Shown: piece by piece, positions 16,967-27,623 of the stretch
How positions within the stretch are numbered: position 1 is the stretch's first letter
Layout: the number at the start of each line of letters is the position of its first letter
Assembly: GCA_964549475.1 (NCBI GenBank)
Contig: CAZJXH010000002.1
Coordinates: 1-47,858 of the forward strand
Reading direction: 5' to 3'
DNA from: an uncultured Oscillospiraceae bacterium
Lineage (GTDB): Bacteria; Bacillota; Clostridia; Saccharofermentanales; UBA5734
DNA: 47,858 nucleotides
The notes under the pieces: generated by a model
The model's database searches: none
What the model saw: only the letters and a program-made list of their open reading frames with translations
Told to the model about the DNA's origin: nothing
Position numbers and translations under genes: made by a program

Positions 16967-19455
16967 ACAACGATAATGAGGACAATAGAGATCGATACAC
17001 TGGAGTTGCTAATATTAATGATCCGGACAAAGCGAAGCTGCTCGAAGTAATGAATGATATCCAGATGAAAGAGGAGACAAAACAGCGCATCATGGCCGCC
17101 TGTACCGGAAAAGCCGATGCAGCGGAAAGACATGGCAAAAACGCATTTCGAATATTCGGAACGAGAATCGGCGCCAGACAGGCGGCATTGCCGGCACTGG
17201 CCGCAGTCCTTGTCTTAAGCATCGCCGGGTATAATATTTTTGCAGGAATTTCAGCTGGTCAGGGACAGCCCAGTGGCGGTTCGTCGTCCGAAAGCCAGGA
17301 TATATCCGGGAACTCCTCCGGCACAAGCCAGACGGTGAATTCACAGGACCTTACCCCGATCGTGGTATCCGTTCCGAAATGGTTTTCGCCGGGAGAACTG
17401 GTTGCAAACCAGTTTTACCAGAACTTCCTGCCGGGCACAACGTTCCAGCAGACGCTTTCCTCGCAGTATATTTATGTCAATGCCCAGAAAGATGCCATTT
17501 TCAAGACAGAAGAACACAAAAATTGCAGGAATTTCCGGTTCAATGTAAAGACGGGAACCATCGAATGCATCGACCATTCCATTAGAGAAATCCTGATTCC
17601 CGCCGGGATTATGCAGGAGACCGACAGGATCTATTTCAAGGATTGTACGCCAAGCGACGAATTTGCGCTGATCGATATCAGGAGCTCCAAAGATGCATTC
17701 AAAAGCACGTATCGATTCAACCTGCAGACGGGAGATTTCCTTAAAATCAAAGAGGATCTGAACCATCTGGATGGTTGGCAGATTTTCAAGGACTACTCCA
17801 CGCTGATCACGATCCCCGAATACTCCTCCGAATGGAAGATCTACCTGACCGACATCGTATCAGGAACAAAGAAAAACATTGTCTCGGAGGCAAATGCAAC
17901 GGACATGTTTGCCCTGTCGCCCGATAACCGATATGTCTGGTATTCGATCTTTAAAAACGGAAACAAGAATCTGCGCTGTATCTATCAAATCGCCACCGGC
18001 ACCAAGACATTCATCACAACGGAGAGTTATCCGTTCTTTACATCGGATGACCAATTTATGCTATATTTTGCAAAGAATCAAATACACCGGATGAACCTCG
18101 TATCCAAAGAGGATGTTGTCCTTGTCGAGGATGCCTCCTGGGAAACAAAAGGGGGGATCGACATTGCGGCGTATGATGATGCAGCCGGCAAACTTATCCT
18201 GTCGGCTTTCGATACGGCCCTCCACTATGATCTGTATTCATTGGATGTACGCACAGGCAAAATGGTGCACATCGTCGATCCGGACAACGGGGTACAGCTT
18301 GCCGCACCGACTGCCGGTTCCTCCGCACAAAGCATGTCCATGCAAGAAGCCAGAACGTCGCTGGCATCCGGAAGTCTTTCTCCTGTGCTCGCGGGCTTTC
18401 TGAATTTCAGCAATCAGAGTGAAACTGCATTATCATCGATCGGATCATATGTCGTCAGCCGGAATTATTCAGATTCAACGCTGAACAGCAGCGGATCATT
18501 CCAGGATAAATCCCAGGACATCCCAAAACCGACGCAATCCGTGTCCGAAGACCTGCTGCAGCCCGCGCCGGTCGTCAGCCGAGGCGCGAGTGTCTATCTT
18601 TTCGACAAAACCGGCAAATACATTTTTTATTATACGGATCTGCACGGCAAGGGCGGCAGCATCTATTGCTATGACATCGCATCGGGCGACCAGTTCGCTG
18701 TCGCTTTGCCGGAGGAGTTTGTAAAAAAACTTATGGCGGAGAGACAGAATCTGCTGTATCCGGATAAGCCATTTCCGGTCCGGTACAGACTGTACCTCTC
18801 GGATGACGCCACGCACATCTACCTGACCTACGAGATCTACCGATCGATCGATAGCGATCCGGTGCCGCTGTCCAAACTCGTCGAATACGCAGAGAAGTAC
18901 AATACGATCATTCATTTCGGTAAATATTTTGACCATCGCTATTATGGAAACGAATTGCCCGGCAGATCCTACTCCTCTTACACCGACGACGGGAAAATCG
19001 CTATCCTGAATGAAAATTACAACACGCGCAAATTCGCGCTCATCCTCTTCGACAAACCGCTTGATACCACCAAGCCTTATGGCGGAGGAGAGGTCCTGAT
19101 CCAGAAGGATACCCCTGCCGATGCGGACTGGTTTCTGGCTGACTGGTGGGATCACAACTATAATGTCGGCACGGTAGTGTACAATCTCGACAGTGTGTTG
19201 AATTTCGTAAAAACCCATGACAGCCTGAATGGTTTCGCGAAAATATTCAGCCGCTATTCGATCGGTTATAATGACGATTCTGGAACAAGGACCGAATTCC
19301 ACTATCAGATCTGTATCGGACCGAACGACTATGTCAATGTCATGGAAAACTATGCGGAGATGAAGCTTCAGATAATTGGTTCAAAAACTGGGGCCATCGT
19401 CTTCGAAAAAGCCCTGAACCCGGCCATCAGGAACAGCGATCGATTGCCGAAATAG
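16963..19455 (+). CDS. single-pass membrane protein with a large extracytoplasmic domain; putative anti-sigma factor/sensor
   Basis: The ATGA start overlaps the sigma-factor stop. The layout is about 70 aa cytoplasmic, one TM helix (ALPALAAVLVLSIAGYNIFAGI), a Ser/Gly-rich linker, then about 700 aa with PD40/DUF5050-like beta-propeller-looking stretches (SPDNRYVWYS..., GKYIFYYTD...GSIYCYDIASG). There is no HxxxCxxC zinc motif. Confidence 0.6.
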   Translation: MNNDNEDNRDRYTGVANINDPDKAKLLEVMNDIQMKEETKQRIMAACTGKADAAERHGKNAFRIFGTRIGARQAALPALAAVLVLSIAGYNIFAGISAGQGQPSGGSSSESQDISGNSSGTSQTVNSQDLTPIVVSVPKWFSPGELVANQFYQNFLPGTTFQQTLSSQYIYVNAQKDAIFKTEEHKNCRNFRFNVKTGTIECIDHSIREILIPAGIMQETDRIYFKDCTPSDEFALIDIRSSKDAFKSTYRFNLQTGDFLKIKEDLNHLDGWQIFKDYSTLITIPEYSSEWKIYLTDIVSGTKKNIVSEANATDMFALSPDNRYVWYSIFKNGNKNLRCIYQIATGTKTFITTESYPFFTSDDQFMLYFAKNQIHRMNLVSKEDVVLVEDASWETKGGIDIAAYDDAAGKLILSAFDTALHYDLYSLDVRTGKMVHIVDPDNGVQLAAPTAGSSAQSMSMQEARTSLASGSLSPVLAGFLNFSNQSETALSSIGSYVVSRNYSDSTLNSSGSFQDKSQDIPKPTQSVSEDLLQPAPVVSRGASVYLFDKTGKYIFYYTDLHGKGGSIYCYDIASGDQFAVALPEEFVKKLMAERQNLLYPDKPFPVRYRLYLSDDATHIYLTYEIYRSIDSDPVPLSKLVEYAEKYNTIIHFGKYFDHRYYGNELPGRSYSSYTDDGKIAILNENYNTRKFALILFDKPLDTTKPYGGGEVLIQKDTPADADWFLADWWDHNYNVGTVVYNLDSVLNFVKTHDSLNGFAKIFSRYSIGYNDDSGTRTEFHYQICIGPNDYVNVMENYAEMKLQIIGSKTGAIVFEKALNPAIRNSDRLPK

Positions 19456-19572
19456 GAATAACCATGTGGTATAAATATTATCATGGCGCATGGAATGAAT
19501 CAGGAATAAAGAGAAGCTTCATCGATATCTATCAGCATTTAAACTGGTGTATCAGATGCCCGAGATGGGTTA

Positions 19573-20637
19573 TCAGATGCTTGCTTTGAACAATGGAATC
19601 TGGCTTACAGAATCACGCTCGTGTATAATACAAGGCAAGAGAACGGGTTTACAGTCTGCCTGGTTTGAAATCTTGTTTCGCTTGATTTGTGATAAAACAA
19701 GCATCGCGCTTCTCTTGCCCATTTCGCGCAAAGGCAGGGCGACGCTCGAAATGGCAGGCGCATACCCTTCACAGATTTCGATGTCATCATATCCAAACAG
19801 GGAAATGTCTTTTCCCACGGCAAGATGCCGCTCGATACACCTCTTATAAACTCCGCTGGCCATCATGTCGTTAAAGGCAAAAATCGCCGTGGCTCCCCGG
19901 TCAAGCAGCGTGTCCGTCAAAGCATACCCGCTTTCACGGGTCCAGTCTCCATACAATATAAGCTGCTCGTCATATGAGACACCATATTCGAACAGCGCCC
20001 GCTGAACCCCTTTCAGACGCATTTGAGTGTTTCTGCTGGCAAAAAGGCCGTTGATAACGCCGATATTCCGGTGATTCTTCTGTAAAAGCCGGATAGCGAC
20101 ATCATAAGCCGCGCTCTCATCATCAAACAGAACCGAAGGATATAATGGTTCTTGGGGAAAACAATAAGCAAAAGCGAACGGAATGTTGATACGGGAAGGT
20201 AAAAAACTGATTTCACGACAATGATATCCGATATAGATAATGCCTTCGACCTGCTTGGAAACCATGGTACTGATCATGGAATCAAAAAGCTGCTTGTGTT
20301 TTGGCGTTTCTGTAAAGTCGTTGCTGTATCGCTTGAACAACCGCATATTGGCTAGAATGATCTCAAAACCATTCTCCTCGCAGTATTCGTCAATTCCATC
20401 GACAATCTCCGGGGTAAAGAAGACCGTCAGATCTTCCGTAATCACACCGATGCTCTTTGTCCGTCTTTCCTTCAAACTTTTTGCAAGACTGTTTGGACGA
20501 TAATGAAGGTTTTCTGCAATTTCGAAAATTTCACGTGTCTTTGCAGGTCCCGCCGCACCATGCCGGGAATTCAACACATTAGACACGGTGGCAGTGGAAA
20601 CGCCGGTTATTTTTGCGATATCCTTTATAGTAACCAA
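19573..20637 (-). CDS. LacI family transcriptional regulator
   Basis: HTH VTIKDIAKITGVSTATVSNVLN. I prefer the TTG at 20637 (GAGGA 7 nt upstream) over the ORF-track TTG at 20661. It is a paralogue of the regulator at 26569-27615. Confidence 0.9.
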   Translation of the reverse strand: MVTIKDIAKITGVSTATVSNVLNSRHGAAGPAKTREIFEIAENLHYRPNSLAKSLKERRTKSIGVITEDLTVFFTPEIVDGIDEYCEENGFEIILANMRLFKRYSNDFTETPKHKQLFDSMISTMVSKQVEGIIYIGYHCREISFLPSRINIPFAFAYCFPQEPLYPSVLFDDESAAYDVAIRLLQKNHRNIGVINGLFASRNTQMRLKGVQRALFEYGVSYDEQLILYGDWTRESGYALTDTLLDRGATAIFAFNDMMASGVYKRCIERHLAVGKDISLFGYDDIEICEGYAPAISSVALPLREMGKRSAMLVLSQIKRNKISNQADCKPVLLPCIIHERDSVSQIPLFKASI

Positions 20638-20660
20638 ATTTTTTTCCTCATCTTTAATCA

Positions 20661-20676
20661 ACCTAATGGATTAGGT
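20661..20676. promoter_or_regulatory. 16-bp palindrome ACCTAATGGATTAGGT (candidate regulator site)
   Basis: The 7-bp arms are exact reverse complements. A related site, GGTTAATCGATTAGGTT, lies at 21086-21102, just upstream of the GH127 gene. Confidence 0.3.
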
Positions 20677-20845
20677 AAAATATGTTGACTTGTGTTCAGT
20701 TTACTATACCCGTTAAAATAAATCAATATATTTCTCACTTATTTAATAAAATTATTATTTTGCAAGACCGTACTGGATAATCCTATACAGTCAATGTTAG
20801 GGATATGGTATCAAGTCTCTGGAAATAAATCATTAAAAATAGTTG

Positions 20846-20901
20846 TTGACAACTATTATAAACGGATGTAATATACAGATATACAAATATTAAACGTTTA
20901 A
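20846..20901 (+). promoter_or_regulatory. sigma-A-type promoter (TTGACA, 17-nt spacer, TAATAT) followed by LacI-type operator TTAAACGTTTAA
   Basis: Hexamers lie at 20846-20851 and 20869-20874. A 12-bp perfect palindrome with a central CG lies at 20890-20901. The same TTAAACGTTTA core recurs at 26463-26473. Confidence 0.5.
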
Positions 20902-21160
20902 CACTCCAAATAAAAAGCCAATTCAATCTTTTTTTATTGTTGATTCCATTTATAGTACTCCGTAGAACCGAAAATTATAATCATCGATCATGTCAGAAAA
21001 GAATACCTCCCAATTTTGTACCGGACACAGGAAGTTACAGGATATGGAATAGTCCAAAGGCGAGTATTATGTGTTTCAGTTTAAAGGTTAATCGATTAGG
21101 TTAATATATACGAAATTTGTATCCACCACAACATCTATTCGATAAAGGAGAGTAAATATT

Positions 21161-23095
21161 ATGGAATCCATAAAACTGAAAAATATCAATATTTCTGACG
21201 GCTTCTGGCGAAAATTCACAGATCTTGTACAGGGCGTTATTTTACCTTATCAATGGGAGATGTTGAATGGCAGGTTGGAAGGTGCGGAACTCAACAATTG
21301 CCTGAAAAATTTCAGAATAGCGGCAGGAGATGAACAAGGAGAACATAGCGGTCCGGTATTTGTCGATACGGACTTATATAAATGGCTGGAAGCGGTTGCA
21401 TACAGTCTGGAAAGCAAACCGGATCCTGAGCTGGAGAAGATTGCTGATGATGTGATCCGTTTGATCAGCAGGGTTCAATTACCTGACGGTTACGTCAATA
21501 CATATTATATGATTGCAAAACCAGAAAAACGCTGGTCCAATCTGGTGGAAGGGCATGAGCTTTATAGTGCGGGGTATATGATCGAGGCAGCGGTGGCCTA
21601 TTTCGAGGCTACTGGAAAGAACGAACTGCTGAATTGTGCGATGCGATTCGCAGACCTCCTTTGCCGCACTTTCGGCAAAGAGGACGGTCAGATTCATGGT
21701 TATCCAGGGCACCAGGAAATTGAACTTGCACTGATACAGTTTTACAAGGTGACCGGTCGTGAGAAATATCGGGAGCTGGCAATGTATTTCATTAACGAAC
21801 GCGGCGGAACCCCCAATTACTTTCTTGAAGAAATGCGAAGACCTGACCACGAGCAGATTTTTAGTGAGATGAAAAATTATGATCCGGCTTACTCGCAATC
21901 GCATATCCCTCCCCGCCGACAACGGACGGCAGAAGGCCATGCCGTGCGTGCCACGTACATGTACAGCGCGATGGCCGATCTGGCTGATATGTATCAGGAT
22001 CAGGAGCTGATGCAAGCCTGTGAATCAATCTGGGAGAATATCGTGACCCGGCGCATGTACCTGACTGGCAGCATCGGATCTTCGGCGATGCTTGAGCGTT
22101 TCACAACCGACTATGACCTGCCCAATGATGTGAATTATTCGGAAACCTGCGCTTCCATCGGGATGGCGATGTTTGGCAGCCGGATGGCAAGAATCAAATA
22201 CGATGCTTCTTATATTGATGTGGTGGAACGGGCTCTATATAATACGGTGCTGGCAGGCATATCGCTCACGGGGAACACCTATTTTTATGTGAATCCCCTG
22301 GAAGCATGGCCTCCCAGGTGCATGGAGCATACTTCAATGGATCATGTGAAACCCGTGCGCCAGCAATGGTTCAATGTGGCATGCTGCCCGACCAATATCG
22401 CCCGCACACTGGCGTCATTGGGGAAGTACATGGTTTCTGTAAGCGATGAGGCACTATTTATCAATCTGTTTATTGCAAGCCATTTCACTGCTGAAATCAA
22501 AGGGATCGCCATCGAAGCCGAAATGCAAACGACTTTTCCAAATGATGGCGATTGTCAACTTGACATCAAGGCATCGGAACCAGTAGAATTCACTCTGAAC
22601 ATTCGAGTGCCCGGGTATGCCCGTAACTGGTCGATATCTTTGAATGGAGAACCGATTATCAATATGGACCCCGTCAAAGGCTATGCTGCGGTCACCCGTT
22701 TGTGGAGCGGCACAACAAGGGTGGATATCCACTTCGATTTCCGTGCGGAATTTGTATGTGCCAACCCGGAGGTTCGTGCGGACTCGGGCAAAGTCGCTAT
22801 TTCCAAAGGCCCGCTTGTTTATTGTCTGGAGGAAGTGGACAACGGGTCCAACCTTTCTTCGATATTCATTGATCCACGGACACCTTTGGATGAGGCGTTC
22901 GAACCGGATCTGTTCGGTGGAACCACAATAGTAAAATTCAAGGGCAGGAAAATCAGTCCGGGAGGCTGGGACGGCGAGTTATACAAATCCGCGGGCTTCA
23001 AGACGGAACCGGTGGAATTGACTGCAATTCCCTACTGCTATTGGGCTAACCGGGGTGAAAATGAAATGATCGTCTGGATGCATGCCACCATCTAA
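21161..23095 (+). CDS. glycoside hydrolase family 127 (beta-L-arabinofuranosidase, DUF1680/HypBA1-like)
   Basis: 644 aa. It has the typical N-terminus (ISDGFWRKF...LPYQWEMLNG), GHQEIELALIQFYKVTG, and the Cys-rich catalytic motif FNVACCPTNIART. There is no signal peptide. Confidence 0.9.
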   Translation: MESIKLKNINISDGFWRKFTDLVQGVILPYQWEMLNGRLEGAELNNCLKNFRIAAGDEQGEHSGPVFVDTDLYKWLEAVAYSLESKPDPELEKIADDVIRLISRVQLPDGYVNTYYMIAKPEKRWSNLVEGHELYSAGYMIEAAVAYFEATGKNELLNCAMRFADLLCRTFGKEDGQIHGYPGHQEIELALIQFYKVTGREKYRELAMYFINERGGTPNYFLEEMRRPDHEQIFSEMKNYDPAYSQSHIPPRRQRTAEGHAVRATYMYSAMADLADMYQDQELMQACESIWENIVTRRMYLTGSIGSSAMLERFTTDYDLPNDVNYSETCASIGMAMFGSRMARIKYDASYIDVVERALYNTVLAGISLTGNTYFYVNPLEAWPPRCMEHTSMDHVKPVRQQWFNVACCPTNIARTLASLGKYMVSVSDEALFINLFIASHFTAEIKGIAIEAEMQTTFPNDGDCQLDIKASEPVEFTLNIRVPGYARNWSISLNGEPIINMDPVKGYAAVTRLWSGTTRVDIHFDFRAEFVCANPEVRADSGKVAISKGPLVYCLEEVDNGSNLSSIFIDPRTPLDEAFEPDLFGGTTIVKFKGRKISPGGWDGELYKSAGFKTEPVELTAIPYCYWANRGENEMIVWMHATI

Positions 23096-23150
23096 TTATG
23101 TGAGTAACTGGCAAAGCCAGTTATATTATAAAAGTTGAGGAGGAGAAACC

Positions 23151-24539
23151 ATGAAAATCAGAACCAAAGTCTTGGCAACCGTCATGTGCGTCTTGATATC
23201 CGGATTATCATTAGCCTCATGTGCGAATACTGCCAATCCGACGTCAGGTCCGTCAACGAGTTCATCCGCCGCTCCGAAAGAAAAGGTGAAGATATCTTAT
23301 TCTGGCTGGGGTACAGTGGAAGAAAACAAAGCAACACAAGCAAACATCGACCGGTTCAACGCATCTCAGGACAGGATCCAGGTAGAATACCTGCTGTTCC
23401 CATGGGAAGGCTATGTGACCCAGCTCAACACCATGGCAGCTGCAAAGAACCTGCCCGATACGGCAACCTTGCTCGAACAGATGGTAATGCCCTGGGTGAA
23501 ACAGGATATGCTGGCTGATGTAAGCAGCATGTATTCAAAGGATGATATGCCGCTGGACTGCATCACCTACAAATCAAACGGCAAGCCTGTCGCTTACAGC
23601 ACTGCCGCCGAATGCCTGATCCTGTATTACAACCAGACCATGTTCCAAAAAGCCGGTATCGCAGCTCCGCCGACAGCTACCAGCAAAGCATGGACATGGG
23701 ATGAATTCGTTGCCAATGCCAAGAAACTGACATTGGACAAGAATGGCAAGCATCCTGATGAAACCGGATTTGACCCGCAGAACATCGTCCAGTACGGCTG
23801 TCTGGTGGAGAACCTGGCCTGGCAGCTGGAGTGGGTCTGCCTGTCTAACGGTGGCGGTTTTTATTCCGCTGACGGCTCTAAAGTCATGATCGGCGATCCC
23901 AAATCCATTGAAGCGATCCAGAAAGTCGCAGACCTGTATCTCAAAGACCATGTCGCCCCCCTGTCTGTCGGAGCGGAAGATAACGGTGTCCAACGCGGGC
24001 TCATCGCCGGAACGGTCGCCATGACAACAAATGGTGCATGGAATGTGGGAACCTGCCTTAATACCGGCAAAGCAGAAGGGTTGAAGTATAGTGTCGGCGT
24101 ACTTCCCAAAATGAGTGTAAGTGCGACCCTGGCCACAGGCGGCACAAACGTTGTATTCAAACAGACCAAGCATCTGGCGGAATCAGTGGAATGGATTAAA
24201 TGGTACGCTCAGATTGAAAACGGTTGGCCACTGATCATCCAAGGTATTCTGCCTCCGATCTTCAAAAAGTATTATACCGATGAAACTTTAACACATAAGT
24301 GGTTGGACAATCCAAACTTCCCGCCCTATAATGATTACAAAGGCGCCGTTGTGGATGTTCTCAATGACACCAAGGTCACCCATTCCACAGCCTGGTTCTA
24401 TGTGGACAACACAACCGCTTTCAATGCACTCTTGACATCCGTACTTGGCGATGTCTGGACAGGAAAGACCACCGCCAAAGCAGCAATCACTGCGAATCTG
24501 GATAAATTCGAAGCAGCTTTCCAGGGCAAAAGCAAGTAG
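23151..24539 (+). CDS. sugar ABC transporter substrate-binding lipoprotein (family 1)
   Basis: Signal peptide with lipobox LSLASC, a Ser/Thr/Pro-rich linker, and a family-1 extracellular solute-binding core. Confidence 0.9.
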   Translation: MKIRTKVLATVMCVLISGLSLASCANTANPTSGPSTSSSAAPKEKVKISYSGWGTVEENKATQANIDRFNASQDRIQVEYLLFPWEGYVTQLNTMAAAKNLPDTATLLEQMVMPWVKQDMLADVSSMYSKDDMPLDCITYKSNGKPVAYSTAAECLILYYNQTMFQKAGIAAPPTATSKAWTWDEFVANAKKLTLDKNGKHPDETGFDPQNIVQYGCLVENLAWQLEWVCLSNGGGFYSADGSKVMIGDPKSIEAIQKVADLYLKDHVAPLSVGAEDNGVQRGLIAGTVAMTTNGAWNVGTCLNTGKAEGLKYSVGVLPKMSVSATLATGGTNVVFKQTKHLAESVEWIKWYAQIENGWPLIIQGILPPIFKKYYTDETLTHKWLDNPNFPPYNDYKGAVVDVLNDTKVTHSTAWFYVDNTTAFNALLTSVLGDVWTGKTTAKAAITANLDKFEAAFQGKSK

Positions 24540-24679
24540 AAAACCAGTTTAACCAGTCGTGATGAAGGGCATCTGTACGCAGGCCTTTGTGCATATGCAC
24601 AGGCGCCCTTTTCCTTGAAAGGATGGCAGCAATACTCATGAGAAATGAAAAAGCACTGATTAGCCTAAAGCCGAGGCGC

Positions 24680-25573
24680 ATGTCTAAAATGGCCAAAAGC
24701 GAGAACCGCGCAGCCTATCTTTTTTTGATTCCTGCACTGCTGGGATTGACTTTCATCACCTATCTGCCTTTGCTGGCGGTCTTTACAATCAGTTTTTTCA
24801 ATTGGAATGCTTTGTCGACACCAATATTCAATGGAATAACGAATTATGTCGATTTATTTACGAATGATCCGTATTTCATTGATTCAATCAGGGTTACAAT
24901 CTATTTCTCCGCAATCGCCGTGGTTGGCAGTGTGATTTTCTCTCTGGCCATCGCAATCCTGTTAAACCGCAAGATTCCTGCGCGCGGGTTTTGGCGGGCG
25001 GTGTATTATGTGCCTTATATCCTGCCCATTTCCTCCGTTTATATGGGCTGGTCCTTTTTATATGAAACGAATTTCGGTCTGTTGAATTATGTTCTTTCAT
25101 TATTCGGGATCCACAAGATCATGTTTCTGACCGATTCCAGTATGATAATCCCTTCTCTGGCTCTTATTTCTATCTGGCTCAGCGGCAATATCATCGTCAT
25201 CTTCCTTGCCGGGCTGCAAAATGTACCGCGTGTTTACAGTGAAGCTGTTGAAATCGATGGCGCGAACGCCTGGCATCGCTTCATCCATGTCACACTTCCA
25301 TGCATATCACCTATAATCCTGTACAACATTCTGGTGAGCCTTGTCGTTAACTTGCAGGTCGTAGTTCCAGCCATGACATTGACTAATGGCGGTCCGGGAA
25401 ACTCTTCCATGTTCATGTCTTTCCTGATGTATCGATATGCGTTTCAAAACAACCAACTGGGGTATGCCTGTGCGATCTCGTTTGTCTTTTTCCTGCTGAT
25501 CGCGGTGTTTACAGCAATCTTGTTTGCAACATCCAAGACATGGACATTTTATGAAGGAGGCGATGGTAAATGA
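24680..25573 (+). CDS. carbohydrate ABC transporter permease (MalF/UgpA-like)
   Basis: Six TM segments and the EAA loop (YSEAVEIDGANAWHRFIHVTLP). The N-terminus is MSKMAKSENRAAYLFLIPALL; an ATG at 24689 is equally possible. The ORF-track start at 24587 is unlikely. Confidence 0.88.
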   Translation: MSKMAKSENRAAYLFLIPALLGLTFITYLPLLAVFTISFFNWNALSTPIFNGITNYVDLFTNDPYFIDSIRVTIYFSAIAVVGSVIFSLAIAILLNRKIPARGFWRAVYYVPYILPISSVYMGWSFLYETNFGLLNYVLSLFGIHKIMFLTDSSMIIPSLALISIWLSGNIIVIFLAGLQNVPRVYSEAVEIDGANAWHRFIHVTLPCISPIILYNILVSLVVNLQVVVPAMTLTNGGPGNSSMFMSFLMYRYAFQNNQLGYACAISFVFFLLIAVFTAILFATSKTWTFYEGGDGK

Positions 25574-26436
25574 ATCCATTCAGAAATACGCTGCAAAGCA
25601 GAGAGCGGAGCAAAAAGATTGCCGATATTTTTTCACTGCTAATCGTAGTCTTCATCGGCGTGCTTGTATTGATGCCCATTTGGTGGATATTCCGTACATC
25701 TTTGATGTCAAACGCGGAGATCTATAAATTCCCGCCGCCATTTTTCCCGCCGAGCTGGCGTTTTTCCAACTACAATGCGGCGTTGGAGTACTTCCATTTC
25801 TGGCTGTATTTAAAAAACACATTGATTATTCTCGTCCCTTCGGTCCTTGCAGGCACAATAACTGCAACGATGTGCGGATATGCTTTCGCCCGCTTGAGGT
25901 TCCTGGGGAAAAAATTCATCTTCTCGCTGTGTGTGGGTTCGATGTTCCTTCCCGCCATGGTTACCTTGATTCCCTTATACATTATGTGGACTCGCGGATT
26001 GGGGTTGCAGGACACTTATTGGCCGCTGATCCTTCCATATTTTTGCGGTGGTGGTGCGTTCAATATTTTTTTAATGCGTCAATTCATCATGACCATTCCA
26101 AGAGAACTGGATGAAGCCGCCAAAATAGACGGCGCCGGCTATCTGCGCATTTTGCTGCAGATCATTGTTCCGGCCATTCGACCGGCCATTATTGTAGTTG
26201 GATTACTTCTTTTCATCGGGATCTGGAACGACCTGCTTCAACAAATGGTCTACATCACGGATAAGAATAATTATACTATTGCAGTAGGTCTTACGATCTT
26301 CAGAGGAAGCTACAAATCAGACTGGGCAAATCTTATGGCTGCAACCTGTATGACATTTGCTCCAGGGGTCCTGTTCTACCTGATCGGCCAGAAATATTTT
26401 GTGGAAGGGATTGTAATGACTGGTATGAAAAATTGA
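25570..26436 (+). CDS. carbohydrate ABC transporter permease (MalG/UgpE-like)
   Basis: ATGA overlap with the upstream permease. EAA loop ELDEAAKIDGAGYLRILLQIIVP. Confidence 0.9.
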   Translation: MNPFRNTLQSRERSKKIADIFSLLIVVFIGVLVLMPIWWIFRTSLMSNAEIYKFPPPFFPPSWRFSNYNAALEYFHFWLYLKNTLIILVPSVLAGTITATMCGYAFARLRFLGKKFIFSLCVGSMFLPAMVTLIPLYIMWTRGLGLQDTYWPLILPYFCGGGAFNIFLMRQFIMTIPRELDEAAKIDGAGYLRILLQIIVPAIRPAIIVVGLLLFIGIWNDLLQQMVYITDKNNYTIAVGLTIFRGSYKSDWANLMAATCMTFAPGVLFYLIGQKYFVEGIVMTGMKN

Positions 26437-26455
26437 GCACAAAAAATCATATTTA

Positions 26456-26484
26456 TTGAATGTTAAACGTTTATGTGCTATATT
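26456..26484 (+). promoter_or_regulatory. promoter (TTGAAT, 17-nt spacer, TATATT) with an embedded TGTTAAACGTTTA operator
   Basis: The operator core (26461-26474) sits in the spacer of the promoter preceding the LacI gene at 26569, which suggests autoregulation. Confidence 0.45.
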
Positions 26485-26568
26485 ATTTATGGTAAACATA
26501 CCAAATCATCCTTTCAATCAACGATTTTCCTCCATGGAGCACGATCAGGAAAGGACCCGGAACCAGAT

Positions 26569-27615
26569 ATGGCAACCATACGTGAGATCTCAGATAAAGC
26601 TAATGTATCCATCGCAACGGTATCCAAAGTGCTCAACGGGAAGCCGGGAGTCAGCAAGGAGACTGTCAGCAGCGTCATGGCCATTGCCAACGAACTCAAC
26701 TATCGGCCCAACTTGAATGCCCGGAGCCTGAAAAGTGGTCAGAGCAAGACCTTGGGCGTCATCACAGAAGATTTGACGGTGTTCAACGCACCCGATATCG
26801 TGGACGGTATCGGTGCATACTGTGAAAGCAATGACTACCATTATATCCTGGGGAATCTACGTTTCAACAAACGGTTCGGGAACCAGCCCAAAGATACCAA
26901 AGAATGTGCGGCGCTTGCCCATTCTCTGGTGGACACCATGCTGTCCAAACAGGTCGACGGCATCCTCTACATCGGCTGCCACAGCCATGCAGTAGTGCCT
27001 ATAAGCAATCAAAGCGAGATCCCCTTTGTTTATGCGTACTGCTACAGCACCGACCCGCACATCCCATCGGTTTTATATGACGACCAGAAGGCGGCGTTTG
27101 ATGCCACTCAACTCCTGATCAGTAAGGGACATAAACATATCGGGGTCATTACGGGGCAGGCGGAGAGCTTCCACACCACAAACCGCTTGCTCGGATATCA
27201 GGAAGCCCTTTTTGCCAACAATCTGTCGTATAATCCCCGGCTTACTTTATGCGGAGACTGGGAACGCGACCAGGGATATATCCTTTGTGAAAAGCTTATA
27301 AAAGCTGGCGTTACAGCAATATTCGCTCACAACGACCTGATGGCGACCGGCGTGATCGATTACTGCAACAGACACAATATACTTGTTGGCCGGGATCTTG
27401 CACTGATTGGTTTTGACAACCATGCAATCAGTATGGTCTGCCGGCCTACATTGAGCACGGTATCCTTGCCGTTATTTGAAATAGGACAGAATGCTACTCG
27501 TCTATTGCTGAATATGCTGGCAGGCCAACAGGTTCCATCCGGACTGAAGCTGATGCTCGGCTGTACAGTCATCGAAAGAGAATCCACAGGGGAATGCAGG
27601 ATGGAAGGGAAATAG
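26569..27615 (+). CDS. LacI family transcriptional regulator
   Basis: The ATG at 26569 gives MATIREISDKANVSIATVSKVLNG (HTH). The core is closely related to the regulator at 19573-20637 (shared GVITEDLTVF...DIVDGI...SKQV.GI.YIG). Confidence 0.92.
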   Translation: MATIREISDKANVSIATVSKVLNGKPGVSKETVSSVMAIANELNYRPNLNARSLKSGQSKTLGVITEDLTVFNAPDIVDGIGAYCESNDYHYILGNLRFNKRFGNQPKDTKECAALAHSLVDTMLSKQVDGILYIGCHSHAVVPISNQSEIPFVYAYCYSTDPHIPSVLYDDQKAAFDATQLLISKGHKHIGVITGQAESFHTTNRLLGYQEALFANNLSYNPRLTLCGDWERDQGYILCEKLIKAGVTAIFAHNDLMATGVIDYCNRHNILVGRDLALIGFDNHAISMVCRPTLSTVSLPLFEIGQNATRLLLNMLAGQQVPSGLKLMLGCTVIERESTGECRMEGK

Positions 27616-27623
27616 GAGATTTC

